From positions 3,744,001 through 3,808,000 of the forward strand of contig OY759353.1 in NCBI GenBank assembly GCA_963662315.1: a DNA stretch of 64,000 nucleotides. Reading direction: 5' to 3'. Position 1 is the first letter of the stretch. Every line of letters begins with the position of its first letter. The position numbers were made by a program, and so were the translations under genes. Below the pieces are notes generated by a model, which worked only from the letters and a program-made list of their open reading frames with translations, was not told the DNA's origin and did not search any database. The DNA comes from Geopsychrobacteraceae bacterium (GTDB lineage: Bacteria > Desulfobacterota > Desulfuromonadia > Desulfuromonadales > Geopsychrobacteraceae). Positions 59,975 through 64,000 of this stretch are shown here, one piece after another.

Positions 59975-61587
59975 CTGTCAGGATTCCTCTTCGGGATTTC
60001 GATTATAAATAGGGCGCCCCCCATTTCGCTCTGCTGCAGACTGATTCCGCCGTTCAAAAATTTCAGAGCATTCGTCACCAGGTGGAGGCCGTAGCCGCGT
60101 TTTTCTCCTTGTTTGGTGGAAACTCCCTTGTGAAAGATAGCGGATTTCATTTCGTCCGCAACCCCGGGGCCACTATCTTCTATCTCAAAAATAAGATCAT
60201 TCCCGTAATCACTCATAAATATTTTAGCTTTTGGGGCACCACGTCCGGTCTGGGCTGCTTCAAAAGCGTTATTGATGAGATTGCCAAGAATGGTGACCAA
60301 TTGATGGCGATCGATATCATCGGGCAGATCAACCATATGACTTTCGGGGTCAATTGTAAAATCAACTTTGAGCTCGAGGGCATGCATGTATTTGCCGATT
60401 AAAAAGGCTGACAGTGCCGGATCGGGAATCGATTCCGTCAACTGGCGAATCAGTTGGCGATGGCCGGTGGTTTCTGCGGCGATAAAATCAAGGACATCGT
60501 CATAGGCTTCCATCTGGATCATTCCGACAATGGCATGAAGGCGATTGGTATATTCATGGGTCTGGGCACGCAGCATGTCGGAGTAGGCCTGAATTTGCGA
60601 CAGTTCGCGGGCCATCAGATCGATCTCATCTTTAGGGCGCAAAGTCATTACGCTGCCCTGTATCTGCGTATCGATGCGGATTGGGACAATGTTAAAGATC
60701 ATATCGATCCCCTGTACCGGAATCTCCTGATTGAGGATTTGCTGCCCAGAAGTAAAAACCCTGGAGAAATCGATGCTGGAAAACTTCTTGAGGACTGATT
60801 GGCCGAGCAGTTCCTTGCCAAACTGGTCGCGAGCGGTCTGATTCAGCAGGGTGATGTAGCCTTGGGCATCGGTCGCTATAATTCCTTCACGGATTGAGGC
60901 GATAATCGCTTCGCGTTCCTGAAACAGACTGGCGATTTCCTGCGGTTCCAGGCCCAGGGTTGCGCGTTTGACCCCCTGTGCGATCAAAATAGCGGCAACC
61001 AGCCCCAGGGTGATGAATAACCAGATATAAAACAGTTCTTTTTCAAGATAGCTTTTCGACAGAATGCGCAGACTTTCGACACGGTAATGTACTGAGACCA
61101 TGCCGATAATATTCAGGTCTTCATCAAATATCGGGGCATTACCGTTAATCATGGCGCCGTGGGTCAGGCGGTTGTTGGACACATAGGGGTGTCCATAGCG
61201 CAATGTCCGGTTAATGTTGGGCAGGTTGTAGGGTTTGCCCACCTGGCTCTGGTCGGTATTGTAAAGCTGAACCGCATCGCGGTTGGTAATCACAATAGCT
61301 GTAGCTTCGGCTTCAAGGCGAATCGCGTTGGCCAGAATTTCCAGGGTGCTGAAGCGGTCGTGGTTACTGACAATCCGCTTCAGTTCGGGAATCAGCGCTA
61401 CGTGCTTGGCCGCCTGCAGCGCACGCTTTTCGGTTTGCTGCTCGACGATTTCGTAGATCATACGCGAAAAAACGATGCCGAGGGAAATCATCTGGAAAAC
61501 CACCAGCACCATGATCACCAGGGCGACCGAATCAAGGAGTTTTTTCGGGATCAGGTTGTTACGGATAAAAGACAGACTTCCCGCCAT
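59971..61587 (-). CDS. CitA/DcuS family sensor kinase
   Basis: GLEPQEIA, PAS, LRAQTHEY.NRLH, GNLINNAFEA, GYGL. Confidence 0.92.
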   Translation of the reverse strand: MAGSLSFIRNNLIPKKLLDSVALVIMVLVVFQMISLGIVFSRMIYEIVEQQTEKRALQAAKHVALIPELKRIVSNHDRFSTLEILANAIRLEAEATAIVITNRDAVQLYNTDQSQVGKPYNLPNINRTLRYGHPYVSNNRLTHGAMINGNAPIFDEDLNIIGMVSVHYRVESLRILSKSYLEKELFYIWLFITLGLVAAILIAQGVKRATLGLEPQEIASLFQEREAIIASIREGIIATDAQGYITLLNQTARDQFGKELLGQSVLKKFSSIDFSRVFTSGQQILNQEIPVQGIDMIFNIVPIRIDTQIQGSVMTLRPKDEIDLMARELSQIQAYSDMLRAQTHEYTNRLHAIVGMIQMEAYDDVLDFIAAETTGHRQLIRQLTESIPDPALSAFLIGKYMHALELKVDFTIDPESHMVDLPDDIDRHQLVTILGNLINNAFEAAQTGRGAPKAKIFMSDYGNDLIFEIEDSGPGVADEMKSAIFHKGVSTKQGEKRGYGLHLVTNALKFLNGGISLQQSEMGGALFIIEIPKRNPDR

Positions 61588-61590
61588 CGC

Positions 61591-63063
61591 TTACGACTCC
61601 TGTCCCTTGCCGGCGTGCCGACGCTTGAATATTCTGGTCAGCACGGTTGGTAGCAGTATTACCAACAGGGTCAGTAGCCACAGGGTCCGGCAGGTCGCAC
61701 TGGTATGGAGAATACTCAGGTTTCCGCCGCTAATGGCCAGAGCACGACGCAGGGTGTTTTCCATCATGGAACCAAGGACGAAGCCAAGCAGTAGCGGAGG
61801 CAGGGGGTAGCGGTAGTGCTCCAGCACATAACCGCAGAGCCCTAAAAACAGCATGATCAGCAGTGACAGCGAACTTTCGTTAATGGAAAAAACGCCGACG
61901 AAGGAGAGTACAATCAGCACGGGGGCGAATGCCCAGCCCGGTATCTCTTTGACTCTGGAGAAGAGACGGGTGATTGGCCAGTAAAGGCAGAGCAGCAGCA
62001 GGTTACCAAAGGCCATGGATAATAGCAGGCCCCAGATCAGTGGGGCGTGCTGGGCAAATAGCCCCGGCCCGGGAGTAATATTGTGCAGCAGCAGTGCGCC
62101 GAGCATGATTGCCGCCGTACCGCTGCCAGGTATTCCCAGGGCAAGGAGCGGAACCATGGCACCGCCGACTGCTGAGCTGTTGGCCGTTTCTTCAGCGACG
62201 ATCGCGCGCAGGCGTCCGCGCAGTTTGTCCTGTCCTGATGTAAAGATATTTTGTTCAATTTTGCGCCCGACCTGGCTGGCCAGAACGGCACCGCCGCCAG
62301 GAAGGATACCAATGATAAAGCCGATGATGGCAGAACGTAGCATGGCCCAGCGGCAGGCCAGCAACGAGATCTTATTAACCCTCAGTTGCTCAATCCTGAT
62401 CGAGGGCGATGAACCTTGGCCGGCTGGAGTAAGCAGTTCAAACAACTTGCTGATGACAAACAGACCAACGACGACAGTGGTAAATTCAATGCCATCGAAA
62501 AACTGTGGAACGCCCATGGTAAAGCGCATGGTTCCAGTGGTTGAATCAATGCCAATGGTGGCCATCATAATACCGATCACCAGGCTGACCACAGTTCGCA
62601 GGGGGGGGTGCCCGGCGCGTATCGATAAGGAGGCGAAGGCAAAAATGACCAAGGCAAAATATTCGGCAGGCCCAAAATTGATAACAATCTGCCTGATTAG
62701 GATAATGGAAATGAACATGCCGATAATGGCTGTTATCCCACCGCAAAATGAACCGATTCCGGCCAGGGTCTGAACCATGACCAGCTGTTTTTGTTCCGCG
62801 GCGTTGCTGGCGTGATAACCGGTTATCCCCTGACGCCCGAATTCAGCGGCGTAATAGGTAGTCAGCAGCAGAATCAGGGTCGATTCAATGGGCAGGGAAA
62901 AGGTGTGCGAGAGGGGCAGGAGCAGGGCCACGCCGTGGATGGCACGCAACCCCGAAATGGTACCAACCAGAGAGCCGAGGAGCACACCGATAATGATCAT
63001 GGCCAGGTTTAAGGCTGAGAATGCCAGTTGCCAGCCATGGCCGATTTCAGACCAGAATTCCAT
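61591..63063 (-). CDS. tctA: Tripartite tricarboxylate transporter permease TctA (divergent)
   Basis: FGPAEYF, G..RFT.G, ETANSS...VPLLALGIPGS, PGP.LF. Confidence 0.88.
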   Translation of the reverse strand: MEFWSEIGHGWQLAFSALNLAMIIIGVLLGSLVGTISGLRAIHGVALLLPLSHTFSLPIESTLILLLTTYYAAEFGRQGITGYHASNAAEQKQLVMVQTLAGIGSFCGGITAIIGMFISIILIRQIVINFGPAEYFALVIFAFASLSIRAGHPPLRTVVSLVIGIMMATIGIDSTTGTMRFTMGVPQFFDGIEFTTVVVGLFVISKLFELLTPAGQGSSPSIRIEQLRVNKISLLACRWAMLRSAIIGFIIGILPGGGAVLASQVGRKIEQNIFTSGQDKLRGRLRAIVAEETANSSAVGGAMVPLLALGIPGSGTAAIMLGALLLHNITPGPGLFAQHAPLIWGLLLSMAFGNLLLLCLYWPITRLFSRVKEIPGWAFAPVLIVLSFVGVFSINESSLSLLIMLFLGLCGYVLEHYRYPLPPLLLGFVLGSMMENTLRRALAISGGNLSILHTSATCRTLWLLTLLVILLPTVLTRIFKRRHAGKGQES

Positions 63064-63066
63064 TGT

Positions 63067-63507
63067 TTAGTTTACCCCGTAGGTAAAAATAGCGCCGAGG
63101 GGCAGAGGGGTGTTCAGCAGGAAGTTGAACAAGCCATAACAGATAACCGATAAAATCAGTGCGGTCATCAGTCCCTGCATCCAGGAGCAGCGGTACAGTC
63201 GTGAAGCCAGGTAGATACTGATGGTGGTCGCCAACAGAAAACCAAGCAGGTTCCAGGTCGCCTGATAAAAAAGCAGGATAATGGTGAGCCAGATCCCTCG
63301 CCCCCAACCCGGAGCCTGGGCCAGTTTGACCTGTTGAGGGTAAATCAGCAAGATCAGGGTGAGAACGATCAGGCTGCCGGCTAAAAACAATGGTACCGGC
63401 TTGGGACCGAGGGGATCATAACTGAACGGAGCGCCATAGTTCTGTGCTGCAGCGCCATAAATCAGGCCGATAATCAATAATAATAATGACAGAATCCGGT
63501 CGCTCAT
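63067..63507 (-). CDS. tctB: TctB small membrane subunit
   Basis: DPLGPK..P, LGFLLAT, LF..LL..PLP.G. Confidence 0.88.
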   Translation of the reverse strand: MSDRILSLLLLIIGLIYGAAAQNYGAPFSYDPLGPKPVPLFLAGSLIVLTLILLIYPQQVKLAQAPGWGRGIWLTIILLFYQATWNLLGFLLATTISIYLASRLYRCSWMQGLMTALILSVICYGLFNFLLNTPLPLGAIFTYGVN

Positions 63508-64000
63508 TGAATCAGTCCGATGCCGACAGCAAGTTCCTTTTGTTTGGCGACGGTTTCTTCAACAAAGTGCGAAAAGTCGGATCCCAGAATGGTGAACGGG
63601 TAAAGGCCAAGCGCATCCCGCTGTTCTTGAAATTCTACGGTCCTGGTCAGACGCTTCAACGTGTTGACCCACCATTGATAGCTTTCGTCGCTCACTTGTG
63701 GCCCCATATAAAACCCACGCCAGATTGTCCAATCAACAAGATAGCCCTGTTCTCTGGCGGTGGGAATGTTGGCATAGATGTCGGGGAGTCGGTGGTCTGC
63801 CAGAACCGCCAAAATTTTAATCTTGCCTTCGGCAAATGCGACTTTAAGTTCCGCGGCATCGCCTGGGAAGATATCAATATAGCCGTTGAGCAAGGCTTCA
63901 GTGGCGTCCTTGGGGCCCTCAAAACCGACATAACGGATGCGCGACGGATCAATACCCCCTTCCTGAACCAATAGGGCTGCTTTCATCCAGTCCTGGCTGC
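63504..64000 (-). CDS. tctC: TctC/Bug substrate-binding protein (5' part off the window)
   Basis: SQDWMK, YVGFEG, IPTAREQG, WRGFY. Confidence 0.88.
   Translation of the reverse strand, partial: SQDWMKAALLVQEGGIDPSRIRYVGFEGPKDATEALLNGYIDIFPGDAAELKVAFAEGKIKILAVLADHRLPDIYANIPTAREQGYLVDWTIWRGFYMGPQVSDESYQWWVNTLKRLTRTVEFQEQRDALGLYPFTILGSDFSHFVEETVAKQKELAVGIGLIQ

Noticed and set aside
62015..62773. 252-aa plus-strand ORF
   Set aside because: Antisense shadow of tctA; the many other nested ORFs in the track were rejected for the same reason
1..64000. CRISPR array, rRNA, transposase or integrase
   Set aside because: No regularly spaced repeats or recognisable motifs seen by eye

Overview
A 64-kb chromosomal window from an anaerobic, cytochrome-rich bacterium. 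Gene content suggests a Desulfuromonadales/Geobacter-type deltaproteobacterium (inference). From left to right it contains: (1) the right end of an integrated element, with an SF1/UvrD-like helicase ending at a 45-bp 3' duplicate of tRNA-Phe (att site); (2) accessory genes (lipoprotein M3 peptidase, YczE, AraC, EamA, PilZ); (3) a contiguous type II secretion cluster gspA-N; (4) a divergent respiratory gene cluster; (5) a sigma54 activator with two Hsp20 genes and clpB; (6) a REC-PilZ-GAF protein, a B12 radical SAM enzyme, glmU-glmS and fhs; (7) an OMP with an RstAB-like two-component system; (8) a Crp regulator, tetraheme cytochrome and non-fumarate-type flavocytochrome; (9) a D-2-hydroxyacid dehydrogenase; (10) tctCBA with a CitAB-type system. 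The strongest candidate for an undescribed system is block 4 (23527-35456). It has the layout of the Geobacter ext (selenite/tellurite/sulfur) operon: rhodanese lipoprotein, porin, small carrier, multiheme cytochromes, Rieske and split cytochrome b. However, the slot of the ExtKL multiheme (seleno)cytochrome is occupied by a TorD chaperone plus a Tat-exported PsrA/PhsA-type molybdoenzyme and its 4x[4Fe-4S] partner, with no NrfD/PsrC anchor. Two of its proteins end in Gly-Cys-stop, which suggests sulfur/selenium carrier arms. All family assignments come from motif recognition; no database searches were run.
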